From sequence record SRR20825010_791: a stretch of DNA of 64,000 bases. One strand, given 5' to 3'. Positions 28,831 to 37,520 of the stretch are shown one piece after another. Position 1 is the first letter of the stretch. The number at the start of each line of letters is the position of its first letter. Both the position numbers and the translations under genes were made by a program. Under the pieces are notes generated by a model. It saw only the letters and a list, made by a program, of their open reading frames with translations, made no database searches and was not told the DNA's origin.

Positions 28831-29733
28831 ATGAAACATCCATATTTAATATTGACAAGTCTTCTAATGAGCCTTTTAGGTTCTTGTACCGGCAATGGGG
28901 ATAAGGCCGATGGTTACGGTAATTTTGAAGCTACGGAAATAACTATTTCGGCAGAGGCCAATGGAAAAATTTTGTTCCTGGATGCGGAAGAAGGAAACGT
29001 ACTGGCCCAAAATAAGGTTGTTGGGGTTATAGACACCATTCAGCTTTCCTTAAAGCGCGAACAATTATTGGCTTCCAAAAACACTATTTTTTCGAAATCC
29101 AGAAATGTACTATCTCAAAGGGAAGTACTTAAGGAGCAATTAAAAGTGGCCCAAAATGACAGGACTAGGATAGAGAACCTATTGCAGGCAAAAGCTGCAA
29201 CTACCAAACAATTGGATGACATTACTGGACAGATCAATATTATCAAAGAACAAATTAAAAGTGTGGAAACTCAAAATTCGCCCATCATCAATGAGATAAA
29301 AAGTATAGAAATACAAATACGGCAAATTGAAGACCAAATCAATAAAAGTGTCATTCAGAACCCTGTGAAGGGCACGGTCCTGGTTAAATATGCCGAACCC
29401 AATGAAATTACTGCATTTGGGAAACCCTTATATAAAATAGCCAACCTGAAAGATATGATTCTAAGGGTCTATATCAGTGAAAATCAATTATCCAAACTGA
29501 AAATTGGGCAGGAAGTAAACGTAAAAATTGATGCAGGCAAGGAGATGAAATCTTATCCAGGGGTAGTATCCTGGATCGCGGAAAGCGCAGAATTTACTCC
29601 TAAAATTATTCAAACCAAAGAAGAACGTGTCAATCTGGTCTACGCCGTTAAAGTTAAAGTCCGTAATGATGGAAGTTTAAAAATTGGGATGCCTGCAGAA
29701 ATGTGGATTGCCACGAAAACTAATGAAGAATGA
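28831..29733 (+). CDS. HlyD family periplasmic adaptor (YbhG-like)
   Basis: Lipobox LLGSC; GNFEATEITIS, AEFTPKIIQTKEERVNLVYAVKV, LKIGMP. Confidence 0.93.
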   Translation: MKHPYLILTSLLMSLLGSCTGNGDKADGYGNFEATEITISAEANGKILFLDAEEGNVLAQNKVVGVIDTIQLSLKREQLLASKNTIFSKSRNVLSQREVLKEQLKVAQNDRTRIENLLQAKAATTKQLDDITGQINIIKEQIKSVETQNSPIINEIKSIEIQIRQIEDQINKSVIQNPVKGTVLVKYAEPNEITAFGKPLYKIANLKDMILRVYISENQLSKLKIGQEVNVKIDAGKEMKSYPGVVSWIAESAEFTPKIIQTKEERVNLVYAVKVKVRNDGSLKIGMPAEMWIATKTNEE

Positions 29734-30113
29734 AAACGACCTTGATTATCGCGACCATACTTGCAATCCTGATCGGCACCCTATCCGTAATCTCAGGTTC
29801 CATGGTCCTTTTGGGGCTGCGTTCCGTGGATTATAGGGTACTGGATTGGTTGGTGGTCTATAACGTTACCCTTGGAATTATATCCATTTTGGTGGCCTAT
29901 CAAATAGGTAAACAACACAGTAGGTCTAAATTAATGATAATGACCATCCTGCTTTTGCATTTTTTGGTATTGGTCTATTTGTACTTTTTTAATGATATGG
30001 TAGCTGATGAGAGTATAAAGGCAATGGCCTTTAGGGTAGGCATATGGGTAGCAATACTACTTCTGGTACTTCTAAATCATACAAAAACATTAAGTAACAA
30101 AATAAAATCATGA
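29730..30113 (+). CDS. Small hypothetical membrane protein (about 4 TM)
   Basis: ATGA overlap with the adaptor gene; four hydrophobic segments. Confidence 0.75.
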   Translation: MKTTLIIATILAILIGTLSVISGSMVLLGLRSVDYRVLDWLVVYNVTLGIISILVAYQIGKQHSRSKLMIMTILLLHFLVLVYLYFFNDMVADESIKAMAFRVGIWVAILLLVLLNHTKTLSNKIKS

Positions 30114-30178
30114 GCCATGAAACTAAAAATCACCTTCTTGATAGTGCTATCCTTAGTTTTTATTGAGCGGTTAAGAAA

Positions 30179-31090
30179 ATGAGCATCATTCTAAACAATA
30201 TCAGCAAATCGTACAACAAAGTAAAAGCTGTGGAGGATATTTCCTTTGAGGTAAAGCCAGGGGAACTGTTCGGACTGATAGGTCCGGACGGCGCAGGAAA
30301 GACCACCCTGTTTCGAATCCTGACCACCTTACTGATTCAGGATAAGGGAAATGCTACCGTTGCCGGATTTGATGTTCTAAAGCAATACAAGGATATCAGA
30401 AATCACGTGGGTTATATGCCGGGGAGGTTTTCCTTATACCAAGATCTTACGGTGGAAGAAAATCTTAATTTTTTCGCTACTATTTTTGGAACTACAATAG
30501 CGGAGAACTATGATTTGATCAAGGATATTTATATCCAAATAGAACCATTTAAAGATCGTTGGGCAGGAAAATTATCGGGTGGGATGAAACAAAAACTGGC
30601 CCTCTGCTGTGCTTTGATCCATAAACCCAAGGTGTTGTTTTTGGATGAGCCTACCACAGGGGTAGATCCAGTTTCCCGCAAAGAGTTTTGGGAGATGTTA
30701 AAACGCTTACAGCAAAAGGACATCACTATTTTGGTATCTACTCCGTATATGGATGAAGCCGAACTTTGTGATAGGATTGCGCTGATTACCAACGGAAAAA
30801 TATTGCAGATCAACACGCCCCAGGAAATTATCGCATCGTTCCCAAAGAAAATATTTAAGGTACGTAGTTCCAATACCTATCAATTAATCGAAGACTTAAG
30901 AGTTTACCCAGAAACCAATAGCGCGTATCCCTTTGGAGAATATCTTCATTTTACCCCTAGGTCCGAAGTATTTGGGCCAATGGATTTAACCAAATATTTG
31001 GAGGAAAGACAGCATAAGGAGATTGAGGTTAAAGAGACCGTGGCAACTATTGAGGATACCTTTATGGACCTATCTAAAGCAAATGAATAG
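30179..31090 (+). CDS. ABC transporter ATP-binding protein
   Basis: GPDGAGKT, LSGGMKQK, LFLDEPT. Confidence 0.96.
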   Translation: MSIILNNISKSYNKVKAVEDISFEVKPGELFGLIGPDGAGKTTLFRILTTLLIQDKGNATVAGFDVLKQYKDIRNHVGYMPGRFSLYQDLTVEENLNFFATIFGTTIAENYDLIKDIYIQIEPFKDRWAGKLSGGMKQKLALCCALIHKPKVLFLDEPTTGVDPVSRKEFWEMLKRLQQKDITILVSTPYMDEAELCDRIALITNGKILQINTPQEIIASFPKKIFKVRSSNTYQLIEDLRVYPETNSAYPFGEYLHFTPRSEVFGPMDLTKYLEERQHKEIEVKETVATIEDTFMDLSKANE

Positions 31091-31825
31091 ATGACAGAAG
31101 ATAATATGATACAGGTCGAGAACTTGACCAAAATGTTCGGGGATTTCACCGCTGTAAACAACATCTCTTTTGAGGTGGGAAAAGGTGAGGTTTTTGGATT
31201 TTTGGGTGCCAATGGGGCCGGAAAGACAACAGCTATGAAAATGTTGATCGGAATTTCCGAACCTACCCACGGTAATGCCACCGTGGCTGGTTATAACGTC
31301 CTTACAGAGGCCGAACAGGTAAAGAAGAATATTGGGTATATGAGCCAACGCTTCTCTCTTTACAATGATTTGACCATTAAAGAAAATATTGTCTTTTTTG
31401 GGGGTATATATGGCTTGTCATCTACGGACATCAAAGAAAAGTCACAGGCCATGATCAATGAATTGGGATTGCATGATATGGCCGATTCCCTAGTAGGTTC
31501 CCTCCCTTTGGGGTGGAAACAAAAAGTGGCCTTTTCAGTTGCAATGCTCCACAATCCAAAAATTATTTTTTTGGATGAACCCACTGGAGGAGTAGACCCC
31601 ATTACCAGACGCCAATTTTGGGAAATGATCTATATGGAGGCCAATAGAGGAGTTACCATTTTTGTAACTACCCATTATATGGATGAGGCCGAATATTGTG
31701 ATCGGGTGTCTATCATGGTAGCTGGAAAGATAGAGGCTTTGGACACGCCAAAGAATCTAAAACGTCAGTTTCAAGTGGATTCCATGAACCGGGTATTCCT
31801 AAAATTGGCAAGGAACATAGAATAA
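31091..31825 (+). CDS. ABC transporter ATP-binding protein (degenerate LPLGW signature, YbhF C-half-like)
   Basis: GANGAGKT, LPLGWKQK, FLDEPT, THYMDEAE. Confidence 0.95.
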   Translation: MTEDNMIQVENLTKMFGDFTAVNNISFEVGKGEVFGFLGANGAGKTTAMKMLIGISEPTHGNATVAGYNVLTEAEQVKKNIGYMSQRFSLYNDLTIKENIVFFGGIYGLSSTDIKEKSQAMINELGLHDMADSLVGSLPLGWKQKVAFSVAMLHNPKIIFLDEPTGGVDPITRRQFWEMIYMEANRGVTIFVTTHYMDEAEYCDRVSIMVAGKIEALDTPKNLKRQFQVDSMNRVFLKLARNIE

Positions 31826-31835
31826 CAAGGGCAAA

Positions 31836-32942
31836 ATGAACAGATTTATAGGATTCATCAAAAAGGAATTTTACCATATTTTAAGGGACAGGCGTTCATT
31901 GTTTATCTTGTTCGGCATGCCCATAGTGCAGGTTATGCTTTTTGGTTTTGCCATTACCAACGAGATCAATAATGTAGATATCGCCATTTTGGATCATTCC
32001 AAAGATGTAAATACCAAAGAGATCATAAATAAAATAGCGACTTCAAAATATTTCAGTATCAAAGGGTTTATAAGTCATGAAGATGAGATAGAACCTACCT
32101 TTAGAAAAGGCAAAATAAAGGCAGTACTCAATTTTGAAAAGAATTTTAGCAAAAACCTGGTTACGCAAAAAAAAGCCACCGTTCAAATTCTTACGGATGC
32201 CACCGATCCCAATACGGCTAATACGATAAGTAATTATATAGGGTCTATTTTACAGAATTACCAACAGGAATTAAATCAAGGACTAAACCTTCCTTACCAA
32301 ATAATACCAAAAACAAGGATGGTATTTAATCCTGAACTAAAAAGTGTATATATGTTTGTGCCTGGGGTTATGACCATTATCCTAATGCTGGTATCGGCCA
32401 TGATGACCTCGATATCTATTACCAAGGAAAAGGAATTGGGAACCATGGAAATTTTGCTGGTATCTCCCCTAAACCCGTTCCAAGTTATTGTGGGCAAGGT
32501 AGTTCCTTATATTTTGCTGTCCATTATTAACGCCGTGGTAATTATTCTTTTGAGCATTTATGTTTTTAAAATGCCGGTGGAGGGCAGCTTGTTTTTATTG
32601 GGGGCGGAGAGTACTTTATTTATCATAAATGCACTGTCGTTGGGCATTCTAATCTCCACAGTTGCGGCGACCCAACAGGCGGCCATGATGACCTCATTAA
32701 TGGGGCTGATGTTACCGGTTATATTATTGTCGGGTTTTATTTTTCCTATCTCCAGTATGCCTTTACCATTACAGATGATCAGTAATATAATTCCTGCCAA
32801 ATGGTTTATAATCATCATAAAGGGAATTATGCTAAAAGGAGTGGGATTGGCCTACGTCTGGAAAGAAACTTTAATATTGATTGGAATGACCATATTTTTT
32901 ATAGGCTTGAGCGTAAAAAAATACAAAATAAGATTGGAGTGA
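31836..32942 (+). CDS. ABC-2 type permease (YbhS-like)
   Basis: KEFYHILRD, KEKELGTMEILLVSP, LSGFIFPISSMP. Confidence 0.93.
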   Translation: MNRFIGFIKKEFYHILRDRRSLFILFGMPIVQVMLFGFAITNEINNVDIAILDHSKDVNTKEIINKIATSKYFSIKGFISHEDEIEPTFRKGKIKAVLNFEKNFSKNLVTQKKATVQILTDATDPNTANTISNYIGSILQNYQQELNQGLNLPYQIIPKTRMVFNPELKSVYMFVPGVMTIILMLVSAMMTSISITKEKELGTMEILLVSPLNPFQVIVGKVVPYILLSIINAVVIILLSIYVFKMPVEGSLFLLGAESTLFIINALSLGILISTVAATQQAAMMTSLMGLMLPVILLSGFIFPISSMPLPLQMISNIIPAKWFIIIIKGIMLKGVGLAYVWKETLILIGMTIFFIGLSVKKYKIRLE

Positions 32943-33017
32943 AGGTAATTTGGGAGCTAGTTAAAGGTCAATGAAAATGAATTTCGCATCACGGATTATC
33001 AAATTGATAATGTTTTA

Positions 33018-33092
33018 GTCTCCTTGAGCGAAGTCGAGAGGTCCTGGAAAATTACATCTTTAAAATTAGGTCTGGACTGCGCTCGACCGGAC
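33018..33092. repeat. Inverted pair of REP-like palindromic units
   Basis: GTCTCCTTGAGCGAAGTCGAGAGG (33018-33041, +) and GTCCGGTCGAGCGCAGTCCAGACC (33069-33092, -) share a GAGCG.AGTC.A core. Confidence 0.7.
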
Positions 33093-33143
33093 GACATTAC
33101 ACCAAATAACTCTAGTTTTTAAAAACTAAGTACTAAAAAGTTT

Positions 33144-34265
33144 ATGAACATCATCCGCTATATCATCCAAAAGGAGTTTAAACAGATCTTTAGAAATAAG
33201 GCGATGTTGCCAATTATTTTTGTCTTGCCGTTGATCCAACTGATTATTCTGTCCAACGCCGCCACCTTTGAGGTGAAAAATATAAAATTTGCCTTTGTTG
33301 ATAATGATAAAACATCCCTTTCAAGGGAGTTGGTGGAGAAATTTGAAGCTTCTACCTATTTCAATGTGGTATCCCAATTTCCATCGGCTAAACAGGCCGG
33401 CATGGCAATGTTGGAAGGCAAGGTGGATGTAATCCTAGAGATACCCTCATATTTTGAAAGGCAACTTCTTAAGAATGAAAGAGCAGATCTGTCGGTTATA
33501 ATCAATGCTATTGATGGAGCAGCTGCGGGAGTGGAAAATGTGTATATCAATCAGATTGTGCAACAGTTCAATAAAAAGACACTGGTAGAATTATCCCTTT
33601 TTAATAGTTCTGGAAACATGCCGCTGAATATTGAAACCATCCCGTCCTTTTGGTACAATGAGACCTTGAATTACAAAACCTTTATGGTGCCCGGAATATT
33701 GGTCCTTTTGGTAACAATGATTACCCTTTTTCTATCAGGGATGAACATTGTTCGGGAAAAGGAAATAGGTACTTTGGAACAAATAAACGTTACCCCCATA
33801 AAAAAGCACCAGTTTATTATTGGAAAATTATTTCCTTTTTTGGTTTTGGGCATGGTATTGTTGACCGTGGGTCTGATCATCTCAAAACTGTTGTTTCAGA
33901 TTCCAATAATCGGAAGTCTATCCTTAATGTATCTCTATACCATTATTTACATTTTAGTGATTTTGGGGATGGGCCTATTTATTTCCAATTTTACAGATAC
34001 TCAACAACAGGCCATGTTTATAGCCTGGTTTTTTATGGTCATTTTTATTTTAATGAGCGGTTTGTTCACGCCCATCGAAAGTATGCCGCAATGGGCGCAG
34101 TTGTTAACTGAATTCAATCCTATTAAATATTATGTTGAGGTAATGAGAATGGTAATGCTAAAAGGGGCCGGTCTGTCCGATATTTATTTACAAGTTGTAA
34201 AAACCTTCATATTTGCCATTGCTATGAATGTATTGGCGGTAATCAGCTATAAAAAAGTAAGTTAA
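33144..34265 (+). CDS. ABC-2 type permease (YbhR-like)
   Basis: KEFKQIFRN, REKEIGTLEQINVTP, SGLFTPIESMP. Confidence 0.93.
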   Translation: MNIIRYIIQKEFKQIFRNKAMLPIIFVLPLIQLIILSNAATFEVKNIKFAFVDNDKTSLSRELVEKFEASTYFNVVSQFPSAKQAGMAMLEGKVDVILEIPSYFERQLLKNERADLSVIINAIDGAAAGVENVYINQIVQQFNKKTLVELSLFNSSGNMPLNIETIPSFWYNETLNYKTFMVPGILVLLVTMITLFLSGMNIVREKEIGTLEQINVTPIKKHQFIIGKLFPFLVLGMVLLTVGLIISKLLFQIPIIGSLSLMYLYTIIYILVILGMGLFISNFTDTQQQAMFIAWFFMVIFILMSGLFTPIESMPQWAQLLTEFNPIKYYVEVMRMVMLKGAGLSDIYLQVVKTFIFAIAMNVLAVISYKKVS

Positions 34266-35005
34266 TGGAAAATAACCATAACAATAATCATTTACAACCA
34301 GAAGAGTCGCGTTTTCTTTCCGGACCGCGCTCCAGGTTTAGAGAACTGCTTTTCACCTTTAGGGTACAATACAGTTTTATCAGGGCATTTAGGAAAATGC
34401 ACTTTATAGGTCCCTGTGTAACGGTATTTGGATCCGCCAGATTTGACAAGACCAATCCCTTTTACAAAAAGGCAGAACAGGTTGGAGCGGCATTGGCCAA
34501 TATGGGATTTACGGTGATGACAGGAGGGGGTCCCGGTATTATGGAAGCCGCCAATAAAGGGGCTTATGAAGCGGGAGGTTATTCTGTAGGCTGCAATATA
34601 ATACTGCCCTTTGAACAAAAACCGAACCCCTATCTTCACAAATGGATTAACATTAGGTATTTTTTTGTACGAAAGTTCCTGTTGATCAAATATTCGTATG
34701 CCTTTGTGGTTATGCCCGGAGGCATGGGTACATTGGACGAGCTTTTTGAATCCATTACCCTGATACAAACCAAGATGATCCAAAATTTTCCTGTGGTCAT
34801 TTTCGGGTCCGAATACCATAAAGAACTCTGTGAACACATAAGGATTATGGCGGAGAATGAAAGTATAAGCCCTAAGGACATGGAGTTGTTGTTCGTAACA
34901 GACTCTGTGGAGGAGATGGCAGCGCACATAAGGACCCATGCTATTGAAAGGTTTAAATTGGTTAAAAAACCTCAAAGACCTAGTTGGTTGTTTGGGGAAG
35001 AATAA
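34265..35005 (+). CDS. LOG family (TIGR00730-type) nucleotide phosphoribohydrolase
   Basis: VTVFGSAR, TGGGPGIMEAANKGA, PGGMGTLDE; TAATG overlap with the permease. Confidence 0.92.
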   Translation: MENNHNNNHLQPEESRFLSGPRSRFRELLFTFRVQYSFIRAFRKMHFIGPCVTVFGSARFDKTNPFYKKAEQVGAALANMGFTVMTGGGPGIMEAANKGAYEAGGYSVGCNIILPFEQKPNPYLHKWINIRYFFVRKFLLIKYSYAFVVMPGGMGTLDELFESITLIQTKMIQNFPVVIFGSEYHKELCEHIRIMAENESISPKDMELLFVTDSVEEMAAHIRTHAIERFKLVKKPQRPSWLFGEE

Positions 35006-35008
35006 TAA

Positions 35009-35908
35009 ATGAACAAGTATTGCAGCATATCGATTTTGTTATACCTGCTTATATCGCAAGCACTGGCACAAGGGGTACCGGACAGCTTGCCCCAATTTAA
35101 TCTTGGTAAAATAGCCCAAGTGAACCAAGGTGATAGTTTTATTACTTTTCCCACGGATATTGGCAATTTGGAAGCCCTGATGTTCGAGGCCAATGTTAAC
35201 CCCAGTTTTGTGGTCCGAAAACGAAAGGATTCCAGATTAATGGCCGTACTCACCGCTCAAATTACGATCCGAATGTACAACGAGGAATCTTATCCCGTGA
35301 AGACACCTAGCTACATTCCCCAGATTTCCGCCTATTATTTGGTTGGTGCAAAGAATTCAGCAGACCGGTCTACCATCTTTGTAAAAATGGGGCACCATTC
35401 CAACGGACAGGATGGTAGTTTTTATAATGACGACGGAAACATCAATCTACAAACTGGAAACTTCGCCACCAATTTTTTTGAAATGGGCTGGTTAAAAACG
35501 GACTACAGCAGTAATTTGAAGGCAGAAAAGATATTTAAAACCTCATTGGAAGTGCATCCCAGAAGCTGGATGCTCCAAGAACTGCATGGACAGTATAGTG
35601 GATTACGCTGGCACAATGCGTTCTTGGCCTATAAACTTCCTCTGAAAATGGGTCCTAGAGGATCTATAAAAGCCAATTTTTCTTTAAAGGCAGAAACCAT
35701 GTGGAGCTTGGACAAGCTATACGATTGGGACACCTTCAACATAAAACGTCTTAACGCGAGTGTTACCTTTTACTACCATCCCAAGTTTTTAGAGGATATC
35801 GGTTTCTTTGTTCGCTATTACCATGGAATGGATTATTACAACATCTATTTTCAACATCGATTGGATGTGTTTCGCTTCGGTATAATGACTGAATTGCTAA
35901 GGTTTTAA
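35009..35908 (+). CDS. Outer-membrane beta-barrel, OMPLA (phospholipase A)-like
   Basis: Signal peptide (ALA-Q), TPSYIP, HHSNGQ matching the HxSNG catalytic motif, C-terminal Phe. Confidence 0.6.
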   Translation: MNKYCSISILLYLLISQALAQGVPDSLPQFNLGKIAQVNQGDSFITFPTDIGNLEALMFEANVNPSFVVRKRKDSRLMAVLTAQITIRMYNEESYPVKTPSYIPQISAYYLVGAKNSADRSTIFVKMGHHSNGQDGSFYNDDGNINLQTGNFATNFFEMGWLKTDYSSNLKAEKIFKTSLEVHPRSWMLQELHGQYSGLRWHNAFLAYKLPLKMGPRGSIKANFSLKAETMWSLDKLYDWDTFNIKRLNASVTFYYHPKFLEDIGFFVRYYHGMDYYNIYFQHRLDVFRFGIMTELLRF

Positions 35909-35925
35909 ACTTAAATGAAAAAGAC

Positions 35926-36774
35926 ATGGAGGAAAAGCAGATTATGATCAAAAAAAGTTCGGGGAACCTGGAACCGTTTTCTTCTAGAAAATTGAAAGAT
36001 TCTTTAAGAAACTGTGATGTATCGAGTGATGAAATCGATTCTATCATCTCGCAGGTAATACCGCAACTATATGACGGGATATCATCCAAAGAAATCCATA
36101 ATAAGGTTTTTCCCCTATTAAAAAAATACCACAGGATTTCCGCATCCAAATACCGATTAAAAAAAGGCATTTTCGAATTGGGCCCTACAGGATTCCCCTT
36201 TGAACGTTTAATAGCCGCACTTTTGATGGAAAAGGGATACCAGGCCAAGGTCAGCGTAGTACTAAACGGGAAATGTGTAACCCATGAAATAGACGTTTTG
36301 GCCGAGAAAGACGGGAATACCTATGCCATAGAATGCAAGTTCCATTCCCATCCAAAGGACGTTAGCAATGTAAAGGTGCCATTATACATTAATTCAAGAT
36401 TTTTGGACGTGCAACAACAATGGAATTCCGACCCCAAGAAGACGACCCATTTAAAGCAAGGTTGGTTGGTTACCAATACCCGATTTACAATAGACGCCGT
36501 AAACTACGGCAAATGCATTGGGCTGACCTTATTGAGCTGGGATTACCCCAAGAACAACGGTATGAAAACCAATATAGATGCTTATGGACTATACCCGATC
36601 ACCGTACTTACTACTTTGACTAAAAAGGAAAAGAATCAGTTGATCTCAAAAAATATCATTTTAGTGAAAGAACTTGTTAAGGCACCCTATTCTTTAAAGG
36701 AGCTGGGACTAAACCCAGGAAGGGTCAATAATATTCTTTCAGAAGCCGATCAATTGTGCCGCACAAAATTATAA
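35926..36774 (+). CDS. ATP-cone domain fused to Mrr-like PD-(D/E)xK nuclease domain
   Basis: IKKSSGNLEPFSSRKL ATP-cone start; GFPFERLIAALL..KGY, HEIDVLA, IECKFH. Confidence 0.85.
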   Translation: MEEKQIMIKKSSGNLEPFSSRKLKDSLRNCDVSSDEIDSIISQVIPQLYDGISSKEIHNKVFPLLKKYHRISASKYRLKKGIFELGPTGFPFERLIAALLMEKGYQAKVSVVLNGKCVTHEIDVLAEKDGNTYAIECKFHSHPKDVSNVKVPLYINSRFLDVQQQWNSDPKKTTHLKQGWLVTNTRFTIDAVNYGKCIGLTLLSWDYPKNNGMKTNIDAYGLYPITVLTTLTKKEKNQLISKNIILVKELVKAPYSLKELGLNPGRVNNILSEADQLCRTKL

Positions 36775-36777
36775 GTT

Positions 36778-37350
36778 ATGGCAAAGGAAACAAACGGTTT
36801 GGCGAAGGAAGATCCAAAAAAAGGGAAACGCCTAAAATATGATGCCCGTGGAGTTCAAACGCTTTTTAGAACGCTTTCTAGAAACCATTACAACTTGCTG
36901 AAAATGGCGGATAACAAGGCTAGGATCGTTTTAACTGTGAATTCCATAATTACCTCTTTATTATTGGGCATTCGGTTTATAGATGCCGGAACTAGGGGGA
37001 TAAATATAAATACAGGCACCAAAATATTGGTTATCAGCAGTATGTTGTCTATGATATTTGCTTTGATCTGTATATTGCCGCATAGGTATTTTGGCAAAAA
37101 ATATAGAAAAAGCGGATATAAAGGCTCCTTGTACGCCGAGAATTTTTCTTCCCTATCCCTGGACGAATTTAAACAGGAATTTGAACGCATAATGGTAAGC
37201 GGTCAGAGCGTTTATGATGAAATGGTTACCGACCTTTATTTTTTAGGTAAAATTATTTCTATGAAACAAAAACTTGTGACCATATCCGTAGGCATATTTT
37301 TATTGGGCCTAATTGCAACTATTATTTACACACTTAGCACGACGATTTGA
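36778..37350 (+). CDS. Stand-alone DUF5706 / Pycsar-effector-like membrane protein
   Basis: RGVQTLFRTLSRNHYNLLKMADNKARIVL, three TM segments, DLYFLGKII..K. Confidence 0.75.
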   Translation: MAKETNGLAKEDPKKGKRLKYDARGVQTLFRTLSRNHYNLLKMADNKARIVLTVNSIITSLLLGIRFIDAGTRGININTGTKILVISSMLSMIFALICILPHRYFGKKYRKSGYKGSLYAENFSSLSLDEFKQEFERIMVSGQSVYDEMVTDLYFLGKIISMKQKLVTISVGIFLLGLIATIIYTLSTTI

Positions 37351-37386
37351 TAATACTCCGTTTCCAATTAAAGTACCTTTTCCCTC

Positions 37387-37498
37387 TGTAACAAATGTTG
37401 CTGTGGAATAGATTTTAAAGTTTCAAATTTATAGTGGTTAGAATATTTAACATACTGATAATAATCATGTTAAGTATTTGAGCTATGTGCTAAATTTA
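37387..37498 (+). promoter_or_regulatory. Tandem regulated promoters upstream of sqr
   Basis: TGTAACAAATGTTGCTGTGGA (37387-37407) with CAAATTTA (37424-37431); ACTGATAATAATCAT (37454-37468) with TAAATTTA (37491-37498). Confidence 0.7.
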
Positions 37499-37520
37499 TC
37501 TTTAAGTAAATCCAATCGCA

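Noticed and set aside
34292-34975. 227-aa antisense ORF (and other shadow ORFs such as 22404-22976 and 35763-36248)
   Set aside because: Antisense to well-supported genes, with no motifs of their own.
35926-36774. Restriction-modification system or ribonucleotide reductase/NrdR
   Set aside because: No methyltransferase nearby, no RNR catalytic domain and no NrdR zinc ribbon.
36778-37350. Complete Pycsar or CBASS system
   Set aside because: Only an effector-like TM protein is present; no cyclase in the window.
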